DNA from: Callorhinchus milii
Lineage: Eukaryota
Direction: 5' to 3'
Length of the DNA stretch: 64,000 bases
Assembly (NCBI RefSeq): GCF_018977255.1
Contig: NW_024704743.1
Coordinates: forward strand, 45,014,001-45,078,000
This document shows, piece after piece, positions 24,752 through 38,968 of this stretch (its first letter is position 1; each line of letters starts with the position of its first letter). Both the position numbers and the translations under genes were made by a program. A model generated the notes under the pieces. It was not told the origin of the DNA, did no database searches, and saw only the letters and a program-made list of their open reading frames with translations.

Positions 24752-27700
24752 GTATAGACTGATGGCATTGTTTTAGTTTACCCTTGTTTGACATGCAAAT
24801 TTGATCATTTGCAAAAATTTACATTTATTTTTCTTCTCGGCTAATTTTCCCCTTACATTTGCCCTTCCCTTCTACTGCACCCGGAAGGGGTGTAAATTCT
24901 AATACAATGCAGTTCCACGGATGACAAGACCCTCCAATTCCCTCGTCCCAACAAATCAGTATGAATGCGTGAGCCTTGTCAGTGTGTAGTTGCAGACTAT
25001 TTGACCCCAGGGGGAGGGGGCATCATATCTATGGCAGTACCTGATCTCAACCAAAGACCAGCACGCAAACCTTCTATCAGTTTCTGGGAGAGAGAACTTT
25101 GACTGGGTTTCCCCCACAAGCCCCTCCAATCCCCACCAAACCTCATGGCGTTGAGGCTATTGCAGCACCCCAACTGATGCATTAGACTGGCTGAGATCAT
25201 CTAACTCAGGCAGGCATTTGATTCTACAATGTTTCAGCCTGTGTGATCTAGTGCTGAGCAGGGACGAGCATTTGCCCACTTGGCTACGAGGAAAGAATAA
25301 TTTGCATACTGTGTACAAATTTGTTTCTCTGCAGTTGGCAACTGTCAATCACTTTATGAATTTCACCACAGTCCTCTTCCTCTCACCCCCCCACACCCCC
25401 CCACATCTCCCGAACCGAACAAGATGCAGAATCATTGTACAATGTATGTTTTGTCAAACTGTACAAGTGAACAACCCTCAGTCACACAGCGGGAGAACAG
25501 TTTGTGAGAAGATGATAGGTTTTTCAAAAGAGGCAAAGAAAAAGTGACTTCATAGCCTTTGTAACAACTTCTGAAAACCCAGTGTGCCCTGTGAGATGCC
25601 TCTTGAACAATGCCAGTATTGTGTGTGGGGGAGTGAAACTGGCGCTTTGGCAGATTCTGCTGTCTGTTAAAGTCTTGTTGCTTGTACTTGCATTGAAAAG
25701 GCGACATTCCACTGCCAGCGGTGTGCTTGGGAGCCTTTTTGGCAACAGCTTCTGTGGGTATGGGAGTTGCCTAGGGCTTTTTATTGGTACAAACAGCCAG
25801 CTATAGAATGTAGAAAGCATTGGTGGTATTTTAATGGCGTTTCAAGATGAACCAGTTTATAAGGATCATTAAAACACTGTCATTCTGCCTCTCTTCCTGT
25901 TTCTGTTTCTTTGTCTCTCTCTTCCTTTCTGCACTGATGACTTTTTAAAAATGAAAATGGTAACAAAAACACTTGCATTTGATATAGGGTCTGTCCTTTG
26001 GTTGAGATGTTAAACCGAGGTCCCGTCTGCCTGTACAGGTGAACTTTAAAGATTCCATGGCACTATTCAAAAAGAGAAGGGAGTTTCTTCCGGTGTCCTG
26101 ACCAACAACCCCCAAATGAAATTGGTCATTCACTCCATGGCTATTGTGAAACAGTGATGTGCGTAACTGACCGCTGTGTTTCGGCCCCAAAATATACAGT
26201 CAAACCACTTTATAGTATATCATATGAAGCGGTTTGAGACATCTCATCGACGTGATAAAGCACTATATCAAATGCAAGGATTATTATATAATATCTGGAA
26301 GATTGTTGGTCAGTACACCAGGGGAAACTCATTTCTCTTTTAACGAGTGCCTTTGCCGGTTAAAAAGCATCAGTGTAATTAAGAGGAAACAATACGTGCA
26401 ATGAGAGAGAGGGAATGGAGGGTATCGGAGACAGGAAGAACAGAGATGGAGACTCGTATGGAGTATAAACGCCAACACAGACTATTTCAGCCGAATGACC
26501 TGTTTCCAAGATAACAATAATCCTTATTGATATAGTACCTTTCACATCGTCGAAACATCTCAAAGCACTTCACAGGGTTTACTGTAAAGTGCATTGACTG
26601 CTTAGCTGGAGGCCAACACAGCAGCCAATTTGCACACAGCAATGTCCCATAGCGGTAGCGTGCCTTCTCTATCACCACCTAACCTTGCATCCCCCAGTGC
26701 TGCTGCAGCAAGGGCAGTACCTGCCAGGACACAAACACACAAGGTGAAAACCTAGGAGCAAACAAACCACTTTAAACAGTTTATACCTGTAGCACTGTAC
26801 AAGCACAACTTAATAAATTGTTGTAAATTTAGTCAGTCTTCAATGGCCTAAAATTTGATTGTACCTCAGGGTGTTCCAAGGCATTATCCTGCGTGAAGAA
26901 AGAGCACTATATAAATGCAAGTTGTTGTAAAATACAAGGTTAGTTTCACAAAAAAATTAAACTTTAAAATAAAAATGACTATCACTGTTAATTGTCACAC
27001 AAGAAGGAGCCACAGGACTAAACCGGATGGGGATTTGGCTTGCGTTCACTGTTATGGTGTATGATTGCAGTAGACTTCTGGAGTGCTGCATTCTGCTGTT
27101 TTCATCCTCACAATCTGCGTTGGTGCAGACAATGATAGATGCAGTGATGGTGGCGGATGATAAGAAATCAATGGTGGTGTCCATTGCACCACATCTGGAA
27201 TCTTTGTTGCAAATGTCTTTTTCCTTTTTCAGAGAATTTAAGACATCTGTCAGAACACATCAAGCAGCAGGCATTGAACAAATCAATGTGTATTCTTGAC
27301 TGATATGTGTCAATAGCTTCCTCAGTGTTCAGAATCAGTATGCACTATTGACACTCAGAAAGTGAGGATGTTGATGTTAAAAGCTCTGACACTACCTGTA
27401 TCCACATGAATGGACATCCAAACACCATATAATAGGTTTTCTTTTCCCATCCCTCCCTCTTCCCCTCCCCACTATCAAACACACAGACTAACAACTGGCT
27501 CAAGCTACTGCTGTTTCTCTTCTGGGGCAAAATGGTAGAGTGGGAAGCCTTTAATTATTTACAGCCAATGTGAGTGTGATCCCCTGGAGCGAGTGGCAAT
27601 TCTGTGAGGCTAATACACTTATTCAGTTGTTCCCTCCCTTTGAGCTGCTGGACAGAGCTAAACACATAGACAGCGAAGTTCATTTTCACAATATTCTCTC

Positions 27701-28444
27701 TGGGTTCCGGAGTGTAATCTTCTGCCACTAGAAATGCTTTGAAACATTATTATTTGTATGTGTATTTCATTAAATGCCCTCCACACCCCTCCCCACCCAA
27801 GAAAATATTGACAATTTTATAATGAGCAGTGCCAGGCAACGTTAACTGCACCGACCTCATTATTTGAGATTGCAGTCTCTGTATTCTCTTCCTATTTTAG
27901 GTTGTAGACTACTCACTGTGCTAAAAACAAGGCTCACTGCATGGTGCCAACATTTACTTCATTTTTTTTCTCCTGTGGCAGAGAAGACGGAAGGAGGTAA
28001 ATAACTCCTTAGCTCCCTCTGTCAATCCCTGTCGCACTCAAGCTTTTAAAACCCAATCTTCAAATCCCTTCTAGGTTGTTAGCTCATGCTCCTTTATCCC
28101 TCTCACTCTTTTGAACCTTGGTGGTGACATGCATTGTGGACCTTGGCTGTTCCTTGAGGTTCCTCACCTCAATAAGAAATAGCCTAAGGAAGTAACATCA
28201 GATTTTGAGGAAGAGGAATAGTCAGCCAGAAATCCCAGCCCGCTGATGCTGAAAAGTTCGGTTGAGGATTATTTATTTTACATATTGTGTGGGTGAACTT
28301 CTCTTTAGATATCTATCTAGCTCCTTCTTGAAAGCTGATATGGAGCCTGTCTCAACCATTCAGCTGAACAGGCCAATCCATAACCTGGAAACTCGTGAGG
28401 ATAAAAAAGTCCTCCTAATCTCCTCCTCTGTTCCCTTGCTTATT

Positions 28445-29032
28445 ATCTCTTATTCATGCCTTCATAACCTCCAGGCTCGACTATGCTAACCCCCTGCTTG
28501 TCGGCCTTCCCAACTCTTCCCTCCACAGGCTGCAGATAATCCACAACTCTGCAGCCCATGTCCTCTCCTGCACCAAACTCTGTGACTCCATCTCCCCCAT
28601 TCTCGCCCGACTCCACTGGCTCCCTATCCTTCAGAGGATCCAGTTCAAGATCCTGGTCCTCACATGCAAAGCCCTCCATGGCCTCGCCCCACCCTACCTC
28701 TGCGACCTCCGAACTCCCTACCAACCTGCCCGCTCCCTCCACTCAGCTGGCTCTAGCCTGCTCCACGTCCCCCAACCCACCTGCCCCACCATTGGTGGGA
28801 GAGCCTTCAGCCACTCTGCTCCCAACCTCTGCCCCCAGTCACTCTGCCTCACCCCCTCCTTAGCCTCCTTCAAGCCCCGCTTCAAGACCCTCCTCTTCGA
28901 CCACGCCATTGGCCACCCCTTCCCCTCCCCTCCCAACCCCCCCCCCCCCGACCCCCTGAACCTGTTCTTTGTCCAGCGCCTTGGGACGACCTCCTGACGT
29001 GAAAGGCGCTATGCAAATGTAATCTTCTTGTT
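28445..29032 (+). mobile_element. L2 LINE 3' fragment
   Basis: Matches the 3' 600 bp of the 42867 element and ends cagcgccttgggacgacctcctgacgtgaaaggcgctatgcaaatgtaatcttcttg. Confidence 0.88.
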
Positions 29033-32000
29033 CAATCGATATCCCCTGGTCACTGAAATAATTTCTCCCTATCTAGACTATAAAACCTTCATAACTTAAA
29101 CTTTGGTTTAACATCTGATCTGAAAGATGGCACCTCCCCATAGTGCAGCCCTCTCTACAACACTGCATTGAAGTATCAGGTTGGACTATGAACACAAAGC
29201 CCCTTGAACCCACAATCTTCCCCAGAGGTAGGAATGCTTCCAACTGAGCCAGGCGGACAGCTACTTCCTAATGTTTGTTCTAAACTTGCCCTTCACTGCC
29301 CTGAACCTGTGCCCTCTTGACTTGCTAACTTGGTGTACATGAAAATATTGTTCCATCCAATTAATTACCTGCAACACTATTGCCAGTTTCCATCTGAGGC
29401 ATTGCATTTTGAGGCTGGAGTGTATGTGGTACGCCATTATTTGACTCGGTAAATTCCATCATTTACCTGCTTACACCCCACTTCACTACCTTTTGATTGT
29501 GCTTATGGTCACCTACCCCCGCCACCCCCCTCCTCCCCATTCCCTTGGCTCATTGTCAGACTCCGCCACTGTGAAGTGTTCTGGGACACTATCCCTCATG
29601 AAGGGCACTATATAAATGCAAGTTGTTGTTGTCCCCTTCGCTCAGCTGGCTGTGACCTCCTGCATGAGGTAAACCATGTTATGTAAACCAAATCCGGGGG
29701 GTACGTATTTTTTAAAAAATTAACTCACCACAACTTCTGATGCTGGCAGTACTGGAGAAGCTTGTTTGCTTAATGGCTATATTTCTCTGATGAGTGAAAA
29801 CCTTAGTTTGTTGCTGAACTCAAGACAGGGCAAATTTGGCCAGGGACACAATACCTCAATCGGGGACTGTTCTCGGAAACCAGGCACTTATGTTCACCCT
29901 ATTCTGCACATCCCTCATCCCCTCTGTTCTACATCGGTGATTGTGCTTTCAACTCCAGAACTTGCTTCCTCAATCTCTCCACCTTGCCCCCTTCGCATAA
30001 AGTAGCTTGGCCTCAAACTCCGCCATTGTTAAATATTCTGAGACAGCTTTCTGTGTGAACGGTGCTATATAAATGCGAGTTATCATTCTGAATTACTTTA
30101 AGATTAGTCCTGATTTACATTGGTATGTCTTGCCGTATGCATGATACAGACTGTTGTTGAAAGAACCACCAGATTGCTTTGAACAGCAGATATGCAAGGG
30201 AAGATGTTTCTCTAAGTAAAACATTCTTTATTTTTTGCAAATTCTGTCTTCTCTGTCTCAGACAAAGGTAATTTCTGTGCTACTTGGTGCAGTATCTCTT
30301 ATCAGATCTTCCTTTGCCTAAATCTTTCCACAAAGGTAAGTGTGCATCCCACACTTACTTCACTTGTCTTGAGGAGGGAGATACCAAGAAGAAGAATAAC
30401 AAGCATGTTGGTATTCATAAGAAAGTTACTGGTCTCAAGAAATACTAGAATTTACAACATGTTGCCACTAGTTTACAGTTACTGGACTTTGAATATATGG
30501 AAGACATTACTTATTCTTCAAATACACAGCTTCATCTGTAAGAGGCCATGTTGAATAAGGGGTGCTTACAGAACAGACCAGCTCCTATGCTCCAACACAG
30601 AACCATCTTGCTTGTTTTTACACAAAGAAACTCTCCCAAATGCCGGAACCACAAACGACACAATGAATATTTTTAGCTGTGTGGCTCTACTCCTAGAAAG
30701 AATAACTAATCTTTTTATTTGATATTGCATCTTTCACATCATGAGCACATCTCAAAGTGCTTTACAGGATTTTATTATAAAGTGTAAATTGTAAAGAGCA
30801 ATGACTATGTATTCTGTAGGTTAACACAACAACCAATTTGCTCACAGCAAAGAGCCATGAAGTGAATGACTAATTTTATCTGGGGTATTGTTGGTCAGGA
30901 CAATGGGAGAAATTCCTTTCTCTTTTTGCAAAGTGCTATTGGTTTAAGCATCCACCTGAACAGAACCTCAGTTCAATGTCACATCCTCTTGCAATGCAGT
31001 GCTCCACCAACACTACATTGGAGTATCAGCCTAGACAAAGTCCAGAGCCCACAATTGTAATAATAATCCTTCCATTTGATATAGTGCCTTATCGCGTTGT
31101 TGAGACACAAACTGCTTCACGGCATTCACTGGCAGCTATGTGATCCTTATGTTGCTATACACTGAACGTGTGGAACCACTTTGAGTGTACCCCAATACCT
31201 TTCAGGTGACCCACAATCTACTCCTGTGGGTGTCATATTTCCTCCTGAAAGCTGATCCAGTAAGCCTCCGCTCTGCTGCTAATCCTTTGGTGTTTGGAAG
31301 CGTTTTCTTTCCTTAAGTGAATCTCATCTATGTGAGTTACAGCCCTCCTCACAGTTCAAATACTGCAGCAGATTTTAGAAAGACGCAGGACTTTGGTTTA
31401 AGACTCTTGTGGAAAGTTTGTCCTCTTGCAGCTGGTCTTACAGAAGAGGAAGGTAGGGGAAGGTACATACAAAGAACTGCTGCAGTGTAACACTTTCAGA
31501 CCGATGGTACCAACAATTGACGAAAGGTTGAAAGGCTTCTATTATTTGAATTTTAAAGTACTTGTGGCCATTCAATGCTCTACTGCACACTGCCACTGCG
31601 CCTGACTTCTCCATTCCCCTACTGTATATTGTAGCACCAGAACTGTATGCTACACTTCAGGTCAAGGAGAAAGAAGCCTATGACCTACTTCACTTTTCTA
31701 TTTCAAAGTAAACAGGTGCCGTTGAGTGGGCAATGCATGGCTGCTTGTGGGACACTGCTGAGCACAAACTGGCCTCTGTGTTCTGCCCACAAAATACACA
31801 GTCAATCTAATTTACAGTATTTCCTGTGAAGCGCTTTGAGACATCTCATAGCATGATAAAGTGCTATATAAAATGCAAATGCACGGAATCGGTTTTATGA
31901 AATAAAAAGGGTTACTTAATCCCTGATCTTGTCTGCTGTTCCGCCCTTGTCTTCCCCATCCATGCAGTGTCGAATGCTAGGCTTTACACAGGGTGCTGGA

Positions 32001-32364
32001 CATATGCTGCTCTGTGTTTAAATAATGCAGCCAGTAAATTGCTTTGCACTCCTGGCTCCACATATCAATTCCACTTTCTTTACTGTAGAGATAACATTTC
32101 ATCCCAATTAAGAATTTAAAATAAGCTGCCTGTTTGTGCTTGTGGTGAAAGTATACATAACAAAGTGCACGCACTGAGCATAATGTTGTGTACTGATTAT
32201 TGAGTTAGTCATCGTATTATTTTTGGTCAGCTTGACACATGCGGAAACCCATCACAATTCTGAACAAACCAATGTGACAGTTCCAAAAACAAATAAACAA
32301 ATTGCATTTATAAAGTGCCTTTCACATTGGGAGCTGGGCCAGTTAGGAGTAAAACCAAGACCCA

Positions 32365-32605
32365 TTTTGTTTACACAAAGGGTTATGGAAATCTGGAATT
32401 CTCTCTCTCCCCAAAAAGGCTGTGGATGCTCAATCAATTCGAATTTTTAAGACTGAGATTGATAGTCTTGTTAGGCAAGGGTACCAAGGGTTATGGAGAA
32501 AAGGCAGGTAAGTGGCTTGAGGTACAAATCAGCTATGATCTAATAGAATGGTGGAACAGGCTTGAGGGGCTAAGTGGCCTATTCCAGTTCCCTATATTCC
32601 TATGG
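32365..32605 (+). mobile_element. CR1 3' end fragment
   Basis: FTQRVMEIWNSL, then gaacaggcttgaggggctaagtggcct...gttccctatattcctatg. Confidence 0.75.
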
Positions 32606-35600
32606 AAGGACATCCCAAGGTGCTGGACAATTGTGGGTATGCATCTGAGCTGGGGGTAAGATTTGGGAGGGTTGGGGGCCAAGGAAGATAGGGAAGAGGC
32701 TGAGGACACATATGTATGCTACTAATACATGGAAATTTTCTTGTATCGAAAATGGTATGTGTGCTCTCTCCCTGGAGGAACCCACCCTGCTTACCAAATT
32801 CCGACGAGTGTTGGGCGCAGACCCAGAGTCTGTGTTGTGGTACTGTTGGTATTTAACTAGGTAAAACCATTCAATTTGTCATGAGGGTACTGCCTGGTGC
32901 AGCAAAGACCACCCTACCTGTCAGGCTTTAGCTAGCAGAGTTAACGGAAGCTGACTGGGAAGCAGAGTATGTTCCTCCTGAGACAGAGTGTGCTTCCATT
33001 CTAGGCGAATTAGAAATTTCCATGTGTAGGTGACATATATATGAGGAACTCTCTGAGTCCTTTTGGACACTCTTCAGCATGGCAAAGTGTTTCGGCACGT
33101 GTCAGACACCCGACTAACAAAAAAAGAACATGGAATGTTCTGTGCTGGAGCGGCTCGATGGGCTGAATAGCCTGTTTTGCATCTCTGGGAGAGGAGCCAA
33201 CAAAACACATTCCCCAAAATTCTCTGCTGAATTTTAAATAAAGAATTTGGCATCAATATATTAACTCAAGGATTGAGTCCTGTCCTCCATGTAAGCCTTT
33301 TCTCCATGGCCACGGACTCCTATTCAGTCATTCCCCTCTCTATGGCTTTTGACTCCTGTCTAATCTCCTCCCAGAAGTTTCAAGACTGCAGATCTGCAGC
33401 TGTCTAATATGCCCTGCCTTCCAGGATGTAGTGAAGCTCATCTTGATCATGTCCTGAACTCTGTGTGTACGTGTTACGAAGCCACTCACCTTAAAATTCC
33501 TCTTTGGCACAATAATGTGTGGTATGAACAAGATACATGACAGGACACGATTGTTTCTGCAAGAACAAACCAGCACACATAGCTCTCTTACATTATGGAC
33601 TTATGAATTATGTCCCAAGCAGCCCATCTTGTATCCCACTTGAGGCACTGATTCCAATTCAGAAGAAGCCCCTCCCCCCTTTCCCACTGCCAGAATCTCC
33701 TCACATCTCCCTTTTGTACCCTAACCACAATGATAACAGAAAATTGATTTTTGATTGGATCATTGCTGCATTCTAATGCGTCTCATGCCTTGTATTGAGC
33801 GACAGATAAATAACATTTACTGCCATTCAGCAGTAAAGAAAATCAGTGTAACTACTGCAATCTATTCCCATGCCATTGTAAATGTGTTCACGTTATTTAT
33901 TGCCATCTCACTGCACAGCTCACAAAGATAAGGAACCAATTTCAGTACACCACAAGCGTAAGGTTAGATGTGCTTTTCTGGTGGAATTTACATTTTTTGA
34001 TTGGATAAGTCGCAGTCACTGTAAACTGCTGTAAACTACTGTATGTCTTTGAGGTGCACTCTAGCTGTGTAATAGATATTTCCTGCCAATTGATTGTGGG
34101 AATGGCACTGAGTAAATAAATACTGTATTCTGGCCGTTCACAGTGAGTGATGATCTTCCTGTTATAATCTGCATAAATAGGACAATGATCTGTGATTTCC
34201 CAGCAACTGCGAGCACTCATTCTAGTCTGACAATATAAATGCTCTGTTCATTGACCTCCTTATCGATGTTCTATACCAGTGAGAGAATGGTAATACACAT
34301 GTCTATATATTTTAGTCATTCCACCAAAACAATGTGTAACCCATTGAAGTGCAAATATTCTAATGTCATTTATATTTTAAGCACCTTTAAGGAAATCAAA
34401 AGGATGCGTAGAATTGTAACAAAGCCATTTTGAAGAAAGTATAGACAATATGAACCTTTAAGCATGCTTAGTTGCAAAATCTGCAGAGATCTGGTTGCCT
34501 TTGCTCTATGCCAAAGGAGTGAGAATTGACATGGGTCCAGGCTGGATAGGTTCATTCAGGCCGAGTTAACAGGAAGAGGGACCAGGAAGAAAGCTTTGAT
34601 CATGGAGTGTTTGGTTAAACAAACAATGAAGCAATGAAACATTCCTGTAGTGCTGTTACATTCATACCTGGTGAAGAACTGGAAAACGTGACCCTACATG
34701 TGGCCTGAGGTTTCACCCTCTGTGGCTTTATCACTGGAAAACAGAATGCATCGACTAAGCACTAAGCCAGAAATTGGATATCCCACCACATCTTGATGAA
34801 TAAAGTGTTGGGGAGGCTTTCATCATGAATGTCCTGGTGTCAAACAGTCACAGCAGAATTCTTACTTCAGCAATAACATGGGTGAAGAGATGAGAAAGAA
34901 GCAAAAAAGATTAACAATTACTTAAAGATTTGCTTCAATCATGATGGAATGGAATATAAATGGATATGTGCCAGATCCAAACACAACATTCCATTGTAGT
35001 GCAGTATTCCCTTCAGCTCCCAGCATCCTTGATCAAGCTATAATATTTCGTGGCACATTAGTTCTGCCTTTATCAGGAAATCCCCGATGCTTTTGCGTCT
35101 CACACTGAAGAGTAACACTAGAAATTATATTGCATATCCTTTTTGTTCATGATATAGTTGTGAAAGGATCTGGACTATTTCACATTTATAAACTGCACAA
35201 TGAAGCTACCTCATACATCCTCAGTTTCATTCCAAATTGGAAAATATGAATTTATCAGATTGATACATTTTTCAAAATGCTGTCCAAATGGGAGCACATA
35301 TCTTTTTTGTTTCAAATACTGTATATGTAGTTCACTTCTTGGCTTTTTGTGAAACACTACTGTGCACAAACTGGTTGCAAACTGGTTGCCTCTTTTGCCT
35401 ACAAAATACAGTCAATCTACTTTATAGTATATCCTGTGAAGTGCTTTGAGGCGTCTCAATGACATGATAAGGCGCTATATGAAAGAAAATGCAAGGATTA
35501 CTTGTACCACTTCTCCCTACTTATCATGTGTGAATATCAGGAAAGTACCCAGTTAGTATGAAGCTTGGAATACTGTATCAGATGATCAACATTTCTCAAG

Positions 35601-36615
35601 AGTAGAAAGTTTCATGTTGTTTTTTAAAAATCAAACAAGTTCCTTGTAGCAATTTTGGTTTTAAGAACTGCGGAAAATAGGCTACCAAATGAAGACCAAA
35701 TTTAAAAATTCTACACAATCTTAAATAATAATCCAAAAGGTGGTTCTTATTAGCTAAGGTAATTAGAATTTCAGGCTTATCACTGTGTTTCTGGCACAGG
35801 ATTGACCATTATGCCATTCTTGATACAGGCAGGAATGTTTTACTTTTTATGGACTTTTTAAAAAAAAATCAGCTATTCTTTGATTTTGGCTGTGTTAGCA
35901 GCACAGTATGTTGCAAGTTCCATAGCTGAAGTCTCAACTCAGCAAGATAATTTTTTTTGAAAATATCAACATACTCGCCAAGCAAGCTGTCTGGGAGCAT
36001 TGAGCTAGCAGATCAACTGAGGCCAAGAATTCATAAAGGACATTTCATTTTTGAGTTCTGTGACTTAAATCAGCAAGAGAAACAGCTGGGACATGCCAAG
36101 CACTGAGAGGCACAGTTGCAATAGGAGAAGGGAAGGGCTGGGATGTGGGTGAGGTTCGAAAGGGAAGAAACTGATGGTGCCAACATGGCACCACAAGGAG
36201 TTATCTAGAATGACGTCACAAAAACAGGCCTTTCAGACCAATTAGTCTGTGTCAGTGTTGTCACTACACACAAGTCCCCATCCGTGTATTCTTCTCCTTT
36301 ATGTACGGATCAGTTTCTCTTAAAACCATTAATCAGCAGTGAGCTCCACCTTTCTGCCACCCCATGTGTGAAGACATTCCTTCTAAACTGGCTATTAGAT
36401 CTACTACTAGCTATCTTATATTCGTGCCCTCTTGTTTTGATCTCACCAATCGATTCTGGGGCCAAGTTTCAAAACATTTCTGCTCCATCTTAAATCTCGT
36501 TACGCAGACCCAAATTTTTCATCCCTAGAGCTAACGCAGACCAATTTACTTCACTAGATCACAGGGAGAAGAAGGCCCTTTTGCCCATCTGATCTCATCA
36601 CCCAACTGATCCCCA

Positions 36616-36930
36616 GGAATCCTGTAGCTCTGGTTAGATCACTTGCCTTGCAAGCGAGAGACCTGGGTTCAATTCCAGGCAGGGCGAACCCTTGGGCAAG
36701 TTTCCTTACTCCACACGCCTAATAATAATCCCTCCAAAACAATAATAAATTGGTCATTTTCAATCCACGACTGTTTGTGGGACACTGCTGTGTGCAATTG
36801 GCTGCCGCGTTTCGCCCACAAATATACAGTTAATTCACTTTACAGCATATTCTGTGAAGCGCTTTGAGACGTCTAGAAGACGTGAGAAGCTGTATATCAA
36901 ATGCAAGGATTATTATAGTATTATTATAAT
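36616..36930 (+). mobile_element. SINE, short subfamily
   Basis: Closely similar to 24085-24399. Confidence 0.9.
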
Positions 36931-37322
36931 ACTGCATCAAGCTGTGTTTTAGATGAGTCCAGTCTCCTAGCCTCGATCACCTTTCGTGGCAACCTGTTCC
37001 TGTCGTTGATAAATTAGTATCCTATTTTTAGCTGCACCCAAGCAATGATCTCCAAGACACTACCCTGCACAAAGTTATTGTTGTTGATCTCTGTGACCAG
37101 GAGTAGCAATGGAGTGGAAAACCTTTCGGGGCTAACCATTATGCTTGGGGTGGGTGAGTGGGGAGGAGGCAGGCTGGGCAAGGGATGAAGCTGAGACCAT
37201 GAAGAATTTCGGGCTTTTAGGCTATGCACAGTACTCCAAGTGGGACTAGACCTGTGCTTTGTACTAGTGTAATGCAAGGCTATCCTATTATAATCGCTTC
37301 GCTGGAGCTCAAGATCCTGTAT

Positions 37323-37617
37323 GGAGCCCTGTAGCTCAGTGGTTAGAGACCTGGGTTCGATTCCCGGCAGGGTGAAATCTTGGGAAAGTTTCTTACTCCA
37401 CATGCCTGATAATAATCCCTCAAGAAAAAAAAATAATAAATTGGTCACTTCAATCCATGACTGTTTGTGGGACACTGCTGTGCGCAAATGGCTGCTGCAT
37501 TTCGCCCACAAATATACGGTCAATTCACTTAACAGTATATTCTGTGAAGTGCTTTGGGACGTCTAGAAGACGTGAAATGCGCTATATCAAGTGCAAGGAT
37601 TATTATCATTATTATTA
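37323..37617 (+). mobile_element. SINE, short subfamily (anticodon arm deleted)
   Basis: Same head, core and tail; ttagag joins directly to acctggg. Confidence 0.88.
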
Positions 37618-37661
37618 AGATCGCTTATAACACAGATCCTCTGTGAGTTAGGACAAGAGAG

Positions 37662-37675
37662 AGGTCAGTAGGTCA
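37662..37675 (+). promoter_or_regulatory. Candidate DR2 nuclear receptor element
   Basis: AGGTCA-gt-AGGTCA, two consensus half sites. Motif evidence only. Confidence 0.4.
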
Positions 37676-38601
37676 GCAGCAACTGGTCTCATGAGCATTT
37701 TACTCGAGAGAGAGAGAGGAGAGAGAGAGAGGGTCTGAAGTGCTCTGGGACACTACCCCACATGAAGGGCGTTAAATAATGCAAGTTGTCATTGTCAGCT
37801 TGACCGCCTGGCTTCTTGTGCACTGTGCAGTTACAAAAAGCTGGCCAGGTCACACTGGTAACAGGAAGTGAGACACTTTTTGTCACAAACTCGTTGTAAC
37901 GTGGTGTCTTAAGTTTTTGAACCCCGTAACATGTTTTTGTGCTCTATCCCACTTACTCTCACCACTAAAATCTCCCAGGATGTTGTCAACACCCACATTC
38001 AGAATACAAGATGGTGAGGCAGAACATACAGGATAGAACACAAAAAGCTCCGGTATTTAAAACAGAAATGTGTAATCTTTACCTACTTATCTCGGAATGA
38101 GCACTCAAGTAAACCTATAATTTGAGTCCTGTGATATCAGTCATCCATTCTCTTTAATTATAAGTACCGTTACAGTGTGCTCAACTGGTGCAGTCTGCTT
38201 ATTACTGCCATCAATTGATTTGTTGCAACTCAAAGAAAGTTGTCTAATATTATCCAAATAAGTATAATGCACTTGAGATCAATTTTAATTCTATGTTAAG
38301 GAGAGAGGTAACTTCTCTAATGAAATGTTCCCCCCATCCAGTTTAGAAACAGCTGCAGTGTACATTCTCACCAGATGCTGAAATTAAGCTATTGCTGCAT
38401 TTCATACCTGATATAATTTAGCCCAATGCAAAGCAACTGGACATCGTCCATTTCAGCTTCCTGTGCTAAAGAAATGGCCCAATTATGGGTCATCAGCAAG
38501 TAGGAAATTACCCAGAAGTCGACCATTTATGTTCAGCGTGGTGAACAGTCTCCTTATGAGCACTCACATGTAGTGAAACCAGCTATTGTCCGACTATTTT
38601 T

Positions 38602-38968
38602 CCCGTAGCTTAGTGGTTAGCAGCCTCGACTCGCAAGCAAGAGGACCCTGGTTCGATTCCCGGGCGGGTCAGGGTGAAACCTGAGGCAAGTTTCCTTACT
38701 CCACACACACGCACCTCTGTTTACCTAGCAGTAAGTGGGAACATGTTTGTTAGTCGATTGGTGATCGCTTTCCGTGGCTAATAATCCCTTCAAAAAGTAA
38801 TAATTTGGTTACTCAATCCATGATTGGAAACTGCTGTGTGCCATTGGCTTCCGTGCTTCACCCTCAAAGTATACAGTCAATTCACTTTGCACTATATTCT
38901 GTGAAGTGCTTCGAGATGTCTCGTATACGTGATAAGGCTCTAAATCAAATGCAAGGATTATTATTATT
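38602..38968 (+). mobile_element. SINE, long subfamily
   Basis: tRNA head, cctctgtttacctagcagtaagt segment, Deu core and tail. Confidence 0.85.
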
